DNA of 62,338 bases, counting the filler, from Diploschistes diacapsis (lineage: Eukaryota): NCBI GenBank assembly GCA_023645945.1. It is 8 parts of 8 records of this genome, joined end to end, with 100 filler letters (N's around TTAATTAATTAA, not from the genome) between each part and the next. Parts side by side here need not be neighbours in the genome. Positions count along the whole stretch, not along the records: positions 1 to 24,501 come from JALAIB010000236.1; 7 more parts are not named here. One strand, 5' to 3'. Below the pieces are notes generated by a model. It saw only the letters and a list, made by a program, of their open reading frames with translations, had not been told where the DNA came from and did not search any database. The number at the start of each line of letters is the position of its first letter. Positions within the stretch are counted from its first letter, which is position 1. The position numbers and the translations under genes are program-made. This document shows, piece by piece, positions 1 through 13,292 of the stretch.

Positions 1-1015
1 CCCTCTCCCATCTCCACGTCCCCATCTCCCTCTCCCTCCCCTTCCTCGCCCTCCTCATCGCCCTCCTCTTCGTCTTCGCTACCGCTGCTCTCCGCCTCGA
101 GATCCTCGCTGCCCGCCTCCGACGCGGCCTCCTCCTCGTCCTCCATCTCGGCCTTGGCGCCATCTGTGCCTTCCGTGCCTTCAATCTCCATCTCCTCGTC
201 CTCGGGGCCCAGCTCGTTGTATTCCTTCACAAGCGCCTGCTCCAGCTCGACTTCCTCCGCCCCGTACTTGTCTGCGTCATCTTCCTGAATGTCGGCCTCG
301 GGCTGCTCGGGCGGGAACTCGGCGGGGGCGGAGTCCTCGGAGTCCCTTGGCTGTCGTCAGCAACTTTTGACAATTTCCATATAAAGAAGATATCTATAAC
401 GGGATGGAATGGAATGAAATGGAGCGGTGGATATCTGTGAGCGAGCATACGTACCATTTAATAGCGAACCGCGTAACCCTCGGCTTCTCCGCCAGAATGT
501 TCCTGCGCACCCGCTCTATGACGGGCTTGGCCGGCGGCTCCGCGTTCAGCTCCTCGCTGTCGTACTCGTTGTTGACGTAGTAGCCGACGCGGACGAACTC
601 GCGGCCGTCGTAGGAGCACGACAGGAGGATGACGGTCACGCCGATGATCTCGGAGGCGGGGATCTTGGTGAGGTTTGGAGGGTCGGCTTCGAAGATGAAC
701 TTGTTGACGCCGATTGGGATGGGGCCGACGAGGAGGGAGTCGAGTTCTTGATCATGATCGGAACTGTGGGGGAAATGAGTGAATGATGGCTGTGGATGGG
801 GATTGTAGGGTTTTTGGTTGAGGTGGTGCAGAAGCAAGGGGTTTGGTGGACGGGAGGATGGCTCACGAGGTAGCGGAGCCGACATAGACGAGTTTCCACT
901 CTAGGTCTTTTTGCAATTGCTCGAGACATTCGAAGGTGATTTCGAATTCGTACTTGTCGTTGAATCGGGCGGGGTTGTTGAGGAGCTTGACCCCCAAGAG
1001 CGATACTACAGACAT
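1..1015 (-). CDS. ASF1: Histone H3/H4 chaperone Asf1; 3' end runs off the window
   Basis: Exons 1015-867, 763-455, 345-<1 with GT-AG introns translate to [50 protein letters not shown]...[26 protein letters not shown]...[13 protein letters not shown]...[12 protein letters not shown] followed by an acidic tail. Confidence 0.97.
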
Positions 1016-1643
1016 TCTGAAGTCTGTTGGTGGGGCAGTTTGAGCTGTAGAAGACGCCTTGAAGTTGAGGCAGTGAGCCTGAGGTAGTAACTTTGGATGT
1101 CGCTGTGCTGTACGTAGATATAGAACTCTAAGTTATCATACCTTAGACAAAGCTTAGGTGAAAGGAGGATGTATGCAGGAAGATGTAGTTGTTTGTTTGA
1201 ATTGTAAAAGTGTTTGGGTGCACGAGATACAACAAGGCGGACACGCTTGAGGTCGCGTTGATTAAGAGGAATCGCGTAGATATGCTGGCATAAATCCCTA
1301 TTTGTGAAACTGCATAAATTTATGCAATGAACAGGCAGGCCTTTTAGGTTTTTCCTGCATGCGGACTTTTGCGACGTACACCGTGACCTTTACTTCACCT
1401 CATCTCTTTCATTCTTTTTGAAAGCCTTTAAGCAAAGCCGGTTGTAACATCTTCAATACCCTGCTACTACGTCTTTTTGATTTTATCTAGTCATCTTGCC
1501 TCTACTAACAGTGACCTTCCTTTCGCACATAGCTCTGCGCTCCGTCGATCCCTACGCCGCGACTCCAACTCCTCCCCTACCTAACTGAATATCTCCCAAT
1601 TCATTCTGTTATCTTTCATACAGTCAACTACACCTCGCCCATC

Positions 1644-4600
1644 ATGGCAGAATCTGAGGCCGAGGCGGCTTTTTTTAGCTCTATGCAGGCTGCGAATGAG
1701 AATGCTGAAGGCTACAATATCGAGGAGAGTCATAGTGGAGAGCAGATAGAATCATCAGATGAATACGACCCTGCGCAAGATGTGCAAGACATTTCTTTGC
1801 CTGATCAAGCTCAAGCGTCTCCTTTTGTTGAGTCTCCCATCACTGCGTCCTGTCCTACGTCCACAAACCCCATACCATCCTTATTTCCTGTCCCCAATTC
1901 CGCTAGTGATCATCGAACGATTGAAGATCGTCCGACGACTTCAAATTCAATCAAGTCTCCCATCTCTACAGCCAATCCTATCGAGGCCTCTACGGGCAAA
2001 GAACCAGGTGCTGCATCGACGATCTCTCCACGCTCAGCAACTTTCAAACCACGGCTTCCCAACGACACGATAGGTATTCTTGAAGATCGAATAAAGGAGG
2101 ATGAAAAGGGCGACATCGACGCCTGGCTGAGTCTAATTAACGAGCATAGAAGGCGCGGCAAGCTAGATGATATGAGAAAGGTCTACGAGAGGTTCTTTAT
2201 GATATTTCCTCAAGCGGTATGTATCCAGCGCTACGTATGATTTCGTCATCTAACGAATGCCAGGCCGAGCAATGGATCTCACTAGCCCAGCTTGAGAGCG
2301 AGGCCAACAACAGATCTGGGGTCGAGGCCATATTCCATAAGACTCTCAAAGACATACCACACCTTCAGCTATGGCGCACATATTTGGACCACATTCGGCG
2401 ACACTTCAACCTTGTTGTGGACAAGTCGGGCACAGCAAGCCAGACCAATCATGCTGCTTATCAGGCGGTGCTGGAGACTGTTGGAATAGACAAGGATGCG
2501 GGTACTCTGTGGCAGGATTATATTGCTTTCATCAAGTCCGGTCCTGGGACCCTGGGCCAGCAAGACTGGGAAAGTCAGTCGAAGATGGACGTCTTGCGAA
2601 AGGCATACCAGGAGGCGATTAGTATCCCGACGCAAGCGGTCGAAACGATCTGGAAGGAATACTCTAATTTTGAGAACAGCTTGAACAAAATGACGGTTTG
2701 TGATACTTTCTTGCTGCAAGTTTATATTACTGACTTCTTAGGGCCGCCAATTCCTTCAAAAGAAATCTGCAGACTACATGTCTGCAAGAAGCTCCTATAC
2801 TGAGCTTCAAAACATTACCCGCGATCTCAAGCGTACGACGCTCCCCTCGCTGCCGCCTGCTTTGGGATTCGAAGGGGACACCGAGTACACGAAGCAGGTT
2901 GAGATCTGGAAGCGGTGGATCCAGTGGGAAAAGGACGATCCTTTGGTGTTGAAGGATGAGAATGCCAGTGCCTACAGGAAGCGCGTCCTTTATGTCTACA
3001 AGCAGGCTCTTATGGCTCTGAGATTCTGGCCTGAGATTTGGTATGAGGCCGCAGAATTTTGTTTTAGCGTAAATCTAGAATCTGAGGGCGATGAGTTTCT
3101 CATTCAAGGTGTCTTAGCCAACCCAGAGAGCTCACTCTTGGCTTTCAAACGTGCTGACAGGCTGGAAATGACCACCACAAATGGCAATGATGACACTAGC
3201 AAGCAGCAGCGAGGCTTGAAGGTGCGGCAACCATACGACAAGCTATTGGAGTCACTCTACGCCCTCATTCAAAAGGCCATGGAGCGGGAAAGGCGGGACC
3301 TGGGCCGCATCGAAGCCGAGTTTACGGCAACTACGACAACGATAACCAACGGCGTTGACAAGCATGGCGAGGATGACGAGGAGGAGGACAACGATGAGCC
3401 TAGGAAGGAAATTCAGAACGAAAAGCAGGCCAAGGTTGACTCTGTAAAAGCCGTGAATGCTGTGCAAGTGTCTCTCCTAAATAGGACCATATCACATGCC
3501 TGGATCTCGCTCATGCGAGCTATGCAGCGAATGCAGGGGAAAGGAAAGGTGAACTCGGTGATTGGAGGTTCCAGACAGGTCTTCACGGACTCTCGAAAGA
3601 AAGGTCGTATAACCAGCGAGGTCTGGGTAGCTGCTGCATTGCTCGAATTTCACAACTCAGACAACGAAGCCGCAAAGCGCATCTTTGAACGGGGTACCAA
3701 ATTGTTCCCAGATGACGAAACCTTTGCGCTAGAGTTCATCAAGCTCCTGGTCAACGTCAATGACCATACAAGTAAGCTAGTCTGAATGTCTCTGTCCATC
3801 TTGATCATGCTAATGCAGGAGCAGATGCTCGCGTTGTATTTGAAACGACAGTCACAAGACTGACCCAGAAGCCCGAAACAGCTCTCAAAGCCAAATCCCT
3901 TTTTGCTTTCTTCCACCAGTTTGAATCCAGATACGGCGAGTTGGCGCAGATACAGAAGCTAGAAAAGCGCATGAAGGAACTTTACCCTGACGACCAAAAA
4001 TTGTACGCCTTCTCGCAACGCTTCGTAAGCGACAATTTCGATCCCACGGCCATTCGACCTATCATTTCACCTGCCACTCAAGCGAAGCCAAAGGTTATGT
4101 TCAGTATCGAAGAAGCCGGACTGCCGTCTAGACAGCCCTCTCCACCGATCGTGAATATTGCACCACCGCCTGTTGTTGCGAATTCGCCTAAGCGTCCAAT
4201 GCCGCTGGACGACTTCGAAGCGGATAGCAACCGTCCACGCAAGCTTGCTCGTGGCGAATCACCCTTGGCTGGTGCTGCTGGACGCCGACTCAATCAGATG
4301 CGCCAAGGCCGTCAGCCGACTGAAAGTACACCAACTGCTATCCCGAATGGTGGGTATATACCGCCGCCGCCTCCATTGCCGCGTGACATCACCTTCTTGC
4401 TCAGTATAATTCCTCCAGCGTCGACTTACAATACGGTGCCTTTCAAGGTGGACGAGATGATCAAACTGATCAGGGACACGCCCATACCCTCAACCGTCGG
4501 CCAACCATCTGCGAATCAGCTTCATGATGCCCGCACTTCTACTGTACCTGGCCCTGCCTTAACTCCGCAGTATACTCAAGGTTCCCCCTATTATTTAGGT

Positions 4601-4668
4601 ATGAGTTCTTACCTAGCTTAAATCTGATGGTAAGGCTAATCTCGACAGGTCAACCCATGTATCGATAG
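1644..4668 (+). CDS. RNA14: mRNA 3'-end processing factor Rna14 (CstF-77, HAT-repeat protein)
   Basis: Exons 1644-2216, 2264-2695, 2742-3771, 3825-4598, 4649-4668 join in frame; motifs RLPNDTIGILEDRIKED, LWQDYIAFIKSGPG, IWKRWIQWEKDDPL, YKQALMALRFWPEIWYEAA, FDPTAIRPIISPATQ, RGESPLAGAAGRRL. Confidence 0.93.
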
Positions 4669-5502
4669 CTTCTCTTGCATAGCAGGCATTCTTTGGCGGA
4701 TCTTCTTGCACATTGGGGGATGGAAGGGTTATCGTGGCGTTGATCATTTGGGTTGAGTAATTGAGAATAATAAGTCTTGTAAGGGAAACTAGGCTCTTTT
4801 ACCAATGGCAAGTTCCTCTCGAGCTTCTCCTTATGCATTTGATTTGGCGTTTGGGCATCATCTTGCTGTTGTGCTGCCCCTATTTCTTTCGTATCTGCCA
4901 CCATATTCCTTTATAGTAGTCAAAGACTTTCTACCTTATAGCAGGCCTACTGTTCACCTTGATCACTGTCACCGACCTGCTAATCACATCTTTGGACATG
5001 AGACTGAGTTCCTTTTTCGAACATTCACAAGAAGAGGCTTCATCCGCTCTGGCTGACCGCCCCAAAACACAAGCCAGGGAGGCCTGAAGCTGCTTTCGTT
5101 CTGGTCAATTCCTCACCTTTGAGGCTGCAGACGTAATCCTGAACTGAGTAGGGAAGATCCCAAAACATCATCCATCCACGGTCCCCGATCCCCTAGGCAG
5201 CGACTTCTATTGAACAGTCTCCGACTCAAGCTAGTCCTCAACGAGATTGCCCCATTTCATCGAACCTACCTTTCCTCCCTCTCCACCGACCCCCTTCGCT
5301 GCTCAAGTGGACTCTCCTCACTTCTCTGTCGACCCCCTTCGCTGACCAGGCGTACACCCGACTGACCTGGGCAACCATCGTCGAGGTTAGTGCCAATCAC
5401 TTCAGGTCATACGACCCTTTTCATTTCCTGATCCCCGTCTTGATCCCCGTCGCTTAAGATTAGCATCTGCGGATTCGGACCCTTCATAACAACAACCTAC
5501 CT

Positions 5503-6158
5503 CTATAAATACTTCGCCCCATCCCCCACCCTTTCTGTTCTCTTCACCTTCTTCATTCTCTTCACTACTCACCACCCTCCATCCTTCCTCCTTTTTTCCT
5601 TCATTTCTCTTCTCTCTATTACTCTTCAACTACCTCACTACCCTTCCCCCCCTCTCTATCACTCTCCACGCTCATCTTCTCTAAAGGCATGCTTTGGGTG
5701 TCAGTTCTCACCACCTGAAAGATCTTATCAAGATAATCACAGGACACGGTAAGGCCTTGGAGCTGCTCCTCACAGCTGCTCGACGTATGTGCTAATCATC
5801 TCCTGCCACAGGGAATAAGCGCTAGTCATAGCAGATCACAGTGAGTAACAGCACCATCCTCTATCCAAAGCACCACTCCTACCCTCAACCCTCCGTGTCA
5901 CACGTCAGAGACCTCGCTGTTTTTATCTCTCTGGGGTCCCTCGAAGGGTTCCAGAAAGCCGAGTACACCACGTTCTCAAGCGTTCTTGAGGGAACACAGG
6001 GTTCCCGAAACCTAGCTGCTAATCGCAGATGGTCTAACTTCCATAAAGTGACAGACTTCAAGACAGACTGACAAATACAAAGACTTGGGTACATCGAGGT
6101 GAAATTTACATACTCGGAGCTTTGAAGCACTCACTAACGCAATCATGGTAGACTCACA
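5503..6158 (+). promoter_or_regulatory. Distal promoter and spliced 5' leader of the Argonaute gene
   Basis: TATAAATA near 5504 followed by a CT-rich tract; candidate introns 5749-5811 (GTAAGG..GCTAAT..CAG), 5841-6028 (GTGAGT..GCTAAT..CAG) and one ending at 6151 (CTAAC..TAG), 7 nt before ATG 6159. Confidence 0.5.
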
Positions 6159-9100
6159 ATGTTCAACAATTCATCTGGCCGCTCATCCGTGAGCACCGAT
6201 CCCGCATATAGAGCCTATGATGGCCCTGCCGATCCATCTGTAGGCGCAAGTGCCCGCAGCGTCTCTACTAGTACTAGAGCCCCATCTACAACTAGATCGC
6301 CCCAGGTCGTGGCGGTCAAGCAGATAAAGGCAGCAATGCCTAGGAATGTTGACTTGTGGGGGGATGCGTGGCAGTTGGCCACAGAAGGGGTAAGCTATGA
6401 ACTCTTCAGCAACACTCTCTTGCTTGAACACCCTGCTTCAATTTCCCAAGGCAAACATGACCACTGTATTCACCATGTATGCTTGTTGCGTTCTCAGCTG
6501 CAAGGTTATGTATCTGCACGCTTGCCGCTGACATCCGCTCAACCAACTTGCTACCAACTTCTATCTTTGCTTGTTTGCCGCTCAATCACGCAACACTTCT
6601 ACACTTATTGAATACTTTGCCACCCGTTTGTTCGAGATTTGAATAGCATGGCTTGGGCGTGTGATCCATGTTTGCCTTACGCCAGGCTTCTCACAGGCGA
6701 ACGTTCCTTCTATATAAAGCGCCCCACTCCCCATCTTCATTTCTCTTTCTCACTTCTCGAGTGCCTTTCCTCTCTTTCAAGGCCTTCAGGTGACTTTATC
6801 ATCTCAAGATGTCGGTTCAGTCCACAGGCGCTGGTGGCAGTGCCAGTGGCCGCAAGCCGTCTTCCGCTCATGCTACCCAATCCACACCCTCTGCTGCTAG
6901 CGAAGAGCGAAAACCGCGGGTTTACCCCATGCCTGACGAGTCGCGTGAAACGGACATGAGGATTCGTCTACGTGATTTGAAGCTAACACCTGACAAGTAT
7001 GAGAAGCCCTATGATCTGGTGAAGCGTCCAGGCTTTGCCACCGCTGGGAAACCAATTGGAGTCGAAATCAACGCCTTCAAAGTGCTTTCCTATCCAAGCA
7101 TCAAGGTCTATCAGTACGATGTAAGCTTAACATACTGCACTTGTTCGGTTCCCAGCCAGACTAACTCATTCAACTAGGTCTTGATCGGAAATGGCGACGA
7201 GAAACGTGGCCTTATCGCCAATGTCTGGAAGGCCAAATCATTCGTAGAGAAGCGCGGAAAAGGCTGGGTTTTCGATGGAAACCGTCTGGCTTGGTAAGTC
7301 TCCCGGAACCAGTACATGCATTTCATTCCGTTGACTCAGACTAGGGCTACGCAAGATGTTGGTCAGCAAACCATCATGGTGGACATGGACGAGGAGAAAG
7401 GTCGCCCTTCTACTGGACGCAATGTCCATCGTGTGCAAGTCCGCCTGAGCAAGACTCTTGATCTCTTCCCACTGGAGGCATATCTGAGCGGCCAAGCACC
7501 TTTCGACAATATCGTGCTTGAAGCAATCACGTTCATCGATCATCTCCTGCGAGTTTTTCCCTCTGAGAACCTCTTATCCATTAAACGGTCATTCTTCGAC
7601 AAGAGTATGGCAGGCAGTTTTCCCCTATCTGGAGGCGTTATTGCCATGAAGGGAGTGTACCAGTCGCTCCGTCCCGTCCAGGGCGGTGGACTCGTTATCA
7701 ACGCCGATGTTGCCCATACTTGCTTCTGGGACCCCGAACCGAGCCTCGTTGCCCTAGCTAATGGCCTACTACCTGCGACCGACCCAAGGTTGTGGTGCAA
7801 TCTCCTTTGGGAGCGGAGGCAGCCTAGAGCCGATGGACCCTGGTTTGAAACACCCGAAGCACGCCAGCTTCGGCGCTTGAAGAGGCTTCGCTTCAATGTG
7901 TGGTACGACGGCATAACGGAGAGTGCGAAGAGCAAAATATACATCGTTGAAGAGATTCTGCACACGAACGCGCTGGAAACGACATTTAAGCAGGTCAACC
8001 ATACTACTGGTGAATCTCGAGATATTTGTCTCAGAGATTACTTTAACGAGCAGTATGGAACCCACATTCATTTCCCAGGATATCCGACCATCAAGACTTC
8101 TCGGGGACAGCTGTTCCCCATTGAACTCTGTTTCGCGAACCACGGCGAACGCTACAATTTCAAGGCGAACGAACTCCAAACTAGCCAAATGATTAAGTAC
8201 GCGGTCACCAAACCCGATGTTCGAGCTCAAGCGATCTACAACGGCCTCAAGGCACTCGATTGGAAGGGGGATCCCTATCTGAAGCAGTACAAGATGGACA
8301 TCGCCGACCGTATGATCACCACCAACGCTCGTCTGCTTGTACCTCCCGAAGTCGAGTTTGGCAAGGGTAAGACGGAGAAGCCAGGCACCAGCGGACGCTG
8401 GCGCATTGATGGAAAGCAATTCATCGAGCCAGCAGGCGCCCTGAAGCACTGGGGTGTCATGGTGCTCGACAATTTCGGTCGAGGCAAAGCCGTCGCTACT
8501 CCTGCGGTTCAACAGTTCATTGTAAATTTCATTGGCGAGTACCAGAAGTTTGGCGGCACCGTTACCAATCGTCAACCCATTATCATGCCGGGCCGACCAG
8601 ACATCGCCAAGGCTGTCGAAGCGCTATGGGAGAGTGTAGCACGGAAGTGCACACCTCCTGAACGTCCACAGATCCTGCTTTTCATTGTCAATGCCAAGTC
8701 GACTGACCCATACAACCGCCTGAAGAAAAACTGCGATTGCCGTTACGGTGTTGTGTCACAGGTAATGCAGGCCGCTCACGTACAGAAGAATCAAGGACAG
8801 TACATCGGTAACGTCCTCATGAAAGTCAATGCTAAGCTGGGTGGGTTTTCTTTTCGGTCGCTGTCCTATGGGGTCAAGCCCAACACTCAGTTCAGTCACT
8901 TCAAGCAGCCGACCATGATCATTGGTGCTGACGTGTCCCACCCTGGTCCTGGCAGTTTGGGCGCTTCAATGGCAGCGGTCACAGTCTCCATGGATAAGTT
9001 CGGTGCCAAGTACGTTGCTACCTGCCAGTCAAACGGATCCCGCATCGAGATGATATCTACGTGGAACTTCGAGGATATGCTTCGTAACACTTTCATTGAC

Positions 9101-9814
9101 TGGATCAAGAAGTTTCATTGTTTCCCCAAACACATCATCTACATGCGCGACGGGGTCTCGGAGGGCCAGTTCCAGCATGTTCTTCACCAGGAGATTCGCG
9201 ATCTCAAAGCTGTCTGGGACAACCTTGACTTGAAGAGGCAGGGCTGGGCCGAGAAAATCAAGTTCACGGTCATCGTTGCTTCGAAGCGCCACCACATTCG
9301 TTTCTTCCCCAAGGCTCCAAACCGGGACAACAACAACAACCCCCTTCCAGGCACTCTGGTCGAGCGCGATGTAACCTCGCCGTATGGTTGGGACTTCTAT
9401 CTCTGCGCTCATCGTGCTATCCAAGGAACTGCACGTCCCGTCCATTACACAGTCCTGATGGATGAGAACAAATCCAACCCGGATTGGCTGGTCAAAATGA
9501 TCTACGAGCACAGCTACCAGTACGTCCGCTCTAGCACACCCGTGTCGGTTCACCCAGCCATCTACTACGCACATCTTGCGGCTAGGCGTGCCGTCGCCCA
9601 CGAAAAAAACCAAGGTATGGGGGATGGCCCCAGGTCATCAGAGATCATAGAGCGCGAGGACCTGATCGAGGCCAAGATCATTGCTGATCGCACCGGAAAG
9701 ATTCTCCGCCAGGACGCTCTTCAGCGTCTCAAGGCGCTGACCGAGCTTGAGCATCCTCGTCTCATTCCCATGAACAACGAAGGTGAGATCAAGGAGACGA
9801 TGTGGTACGTCTAG
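6159..9814 (+). CDS. Argonaute, QDE-2/AGO type (N, PAZ, MID, PIWI), with candidate alternative starts at 6159 and 6809
   Basis: Exons 6159-6389 + 6998-7120 (or 6809-7120), 7178-7293, 7345-9814; motifs KRPGF, FDGNRLAW, GVYQSLR, NVLMKVNAKLGG, GADVSH, RDGVSEGQF, KRHHIRFFP, QGTARPVHY, AIYYAHLAA, MWYV C-terminus; catalytic D, D and H visible. Confidence 0.97.
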
Positions 9815-10576
9815 GTTTAGTGGAGCTATGGTACGGTTCTGTCAGTGATTGAGCGTCTTTGCAACGGCCATGGTCGGCTCAACTCATATGTCACGGAGAT
9901 TTGATGCTTGCAAGTTTGAAGAGTGGTGGACATCCCTTTGGCCTGAATACCTCGAATATGTCCCTACGAAGCTTGGATGCGACCGGGTAGACGACTTCAT
10001 TTGTCAACATGAACGACAAGCATCACCAATGAGTTGCCAGTTTACCGATCGGATACGGAGACGGGGACAGACAACGACTCGGATCAGAGGATTTATGTAG
10101 TCAAGTATTATTAGATAGGGGATTAACAAGAGTGACTGAAAGCCATGAACGTTCGGTATCTGCATACTGTGAATATTGAATATTGTGGATGCTTCAGAGG
10201 CCTGCAGCAATTGCTTGTGCTTTTAACCAAAGCTTACAATGCTTGCTATCTTCGTAGATCCTGCAGTCTGTAGATATGCTATCTATCTAGAGTACAGATA
10301 CAAACAGTACGGTCAAAGGACCCCCCACCAAGCTCTTGTCCTAGAATTCGCCCGCACGTGGATGTGACGAAACCTGCAGACGCCCTATGAGCAGACGCCC
10401 GTATGAGGTAGCCAAAAGTACGTACACAACCAGGGCGTCTTTCCCATTTCACTAGAGTATAAGGTAGGTACTAAGTCGGGCGCAAGATATCCCAAATCCC
10501 AAAGCCTCAGCTCCTTTCTCAAACCTATCCACCTACTTGCTTCATCTCTCGAGGAGTATCAGACTACTCCTCAAAA

Positions 10577-11769
10577 ATGTCTTCCGCTGTCGTGAGTGCG
10601 GACGATGAGACGCTAGAGCCGACGCTGCAAAGCATACTCGACCAGAAGACGTTGCGATGGATCTTCGTGGGCGGCAAAGGTGGCGTCGGCAAGACCACGA
10701 CCTCGTGCTCTCTTGCCATCCAGCTGGCGAAGGTGCGCAAGTCGGTGCTGCTCATCTCGACCGATCCCGCACACAATCTCTCCGATGCCTTTGCCCAGAA
10801 GTTCGGCAAGGAGGCCCGGCTCATTGACGGCTTCAGCAACCTTTCTGCCATGGAAATTGACCCCAACGGCAGCATCCAAGACCTGCTGAAGGAACAGGGT
10901 GAGGGTGCCGAAGAGGCCATGGGAGCGATGGGCGGGATGGGGAACATGATGCAAGACCTTGCTTTCAGTGTAAGCTGTGGTGACGGGCAATACTTAGCGG
11001 CTTGTCGGAGCTTCTACTGACGCTACCATAAGATTCCTGGCGTCGACGAGGCAATGTCCTTTGCCGAAGTTCTGAAGCAGGTAAAGAGCTTATCCTACGA
11101 GGTCATCATCTTCGACACCGCGCCGACAGGCCACACTCTGCGTTTTCTACAATTTCCAACCGTCCTCGAGAAAGCGCTGGCCAAGCTCTCGCAGCTGTCA
11201 ACACAGTTCGGGCCTATGCTCAATTCGGTTCTTGGTGCAAGAGGTGGACTTCCAAACGGGCAGAATCTCGACGATTTGCTCGCCAAGATGGAGACCCTGC
11301 GTGAGACGATTGCGGAGGTCAACACCCAATTCAAGAACCCGGATATGACCACCTTTGTCTGCGTGTGCATAGCCGAGTTTTTGTCACTTTACGAGACAGA
11401 AAGGATGATACAGGAGCTGGCGAGCTACCAGATTGATACCCATTGCATCGTGGTCAACCAGCTTCTGTTTCCGAAGAAGGAGAACCCGTGCGAGCAATGC
11501 AACGCGAGAAGAAAGATGCAAAGAAAGTATCTCGAGCAGATTGATGAGCTCTATGACGAATTTAACGTGGTTAAGATGCCGTTACTCGTCGATGAGGTTA
11601 GAGGAAAGGACAGTTTGGAGAGGTAAGTCTCCAGAAAGAGTCTGCTGGCGGCGCGATGAGAGATGTTCGAGCAGCGTGCAGCATTCTTACGATGGTGAAA
11701 AACACTGCTGATCTTGGTAACAGATTTTCGGAAATGCTCGTGCACCCATACCAGCAGCCAGAAGAGTAG
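10577..11769 (+). CDS. GET3: ATPase Get3/ArsA (tail-anchored protein targeting)
   Basis: Exons 10577-10969, 11033-11622, 11724-11769; [11 protein letters not shown]-loop, [40 protein letters not shown] dimerisation motif. Confidence 0.98.
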
Positions 11770-13292
11770 ACAAGGTGAGGCTTTGAGGAGGGTCTTACTA
11801 GGGCTGGAACACTATTATGTTGGGATGATGCACGATGTCTGCGACTGATGCGCAATCCGCGCCCGGTCAGTCACCGGTACTTCTCAGAGAGGTTCTGGGT
11901 CCTACTGGGAGTTGCTTGATTTGCACCAGGGCAGGAATGCAGGGGATCTTTAACAGGATCTGAAAATAGGCCTGAGCATACCATGTCTTTATGATATAAT
12001 GACATGCAATAAGGGCGCTGAGTGGGAACCATGAACTTACTACCCCTTAACCAGACAGATGCCCTTCTAGGACTAGTCCTCAAACCTTCCCTCTCCAACA
12101 TGCGATAGTCATTAATGCTGCATTCCCCCTTCATTCTACCATTTCCATCTCTTCTTTGCTTTTTTTCTTTTCTCCAAAGCCAGGCTGGCGACTTCCTTGG
12201 GCTCTGGATCGCGTCATCTCTTGGATGTGCCACCAACACTGTCGAATTTCCTTCATAGAGAAGCGGAGACTGCTTTACCTAGTTCTGGGGTCTTGTCGCA
12301 CCATGACCAGCGGATTCCAAAGTGTCCGTGGACAGAGCGCAATAATGTTCCATGTGCTGCAACAACATAGAGGCATTCCACCGACTTCTCTGAGGAAGGA
12401 AATCCCAGGTCCACACCTTGATATCTTTCAACCTTTATCAAAACACTCTGAAGGGGTGTTGCAACGTAAGAGACCTGTGGCCTGTACTTGACAAACCTTG
12501 TGGGATCGGTGGGTTCGCAGCGGCTTCGTGCTTGAGGCCACAGACCCTCAAAGCTCCGAAGACGCCTTTACTATCCACAATAGCCATTCCAGTCCGTCTA
12601 AGTCCATACACAGCATTACCAGCGCGGGCTTATCGCAATTATAGGGGTCCTCATCTCGTGAGGTAATTGCTGATTTGGTGCCAGACTAGCGCTACGATCG
12701 GACCCCACTTCAGCAGCCTCGCCAACATTCTTCAGGCTTTATTGGACATTGTCGTGGTGGTGTGTGAATATCGCCTCACTTCATTCTTTTAGAAGCGAAT
12801 TGATCAACACAAGAAGCATTGCCGAAGAATCTGGTATAGAATGCTGTGCAGAGAACAAGAGCTAATCTCTCTATATGTCTAGCCACAACTATAAGGCCGC
12901 CTCTTTCATTGGGCTCATCCTTAAGAGTGAGGCAGACACTCGATTTGGATGGAGATGAGATATCTCATGCCTCGCCTTAAGTCGACTGAGCTCTCTTGCC
13001 TTACCAGATCTATCAGGTCCCAATGTGGCAAACCTTCTCTGACTGCAACCTTATTTCTGTCTGGAATATTCTCTTCCTGCAACTTTCACGCACCTCCGGG
13101 CGTCAAGGGTACAGGATGCCACGATTGGTCTCCTCATTATATGGCTCGAGATCGCGTCCTGTCAAGGTGTCTATAAAGTGAACATACGAGTCCTGGAATT
13201 AGGAAGCGTCAAGCAGCACTCTATCTTTCGTTTCTTGCTTTGTACATATTGGCTTTTAGATAAAGCATTCATCCTGCCTAAGAAACACAATC

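Noticed and set aside
7540..9613. Long antisense ORFs within Argonaute (and similar ones over ASF1, GET3, LTV1, DJ-1, RPS6)
   Set aside because: Expected shadows of GC-rich coding strands; no motifs
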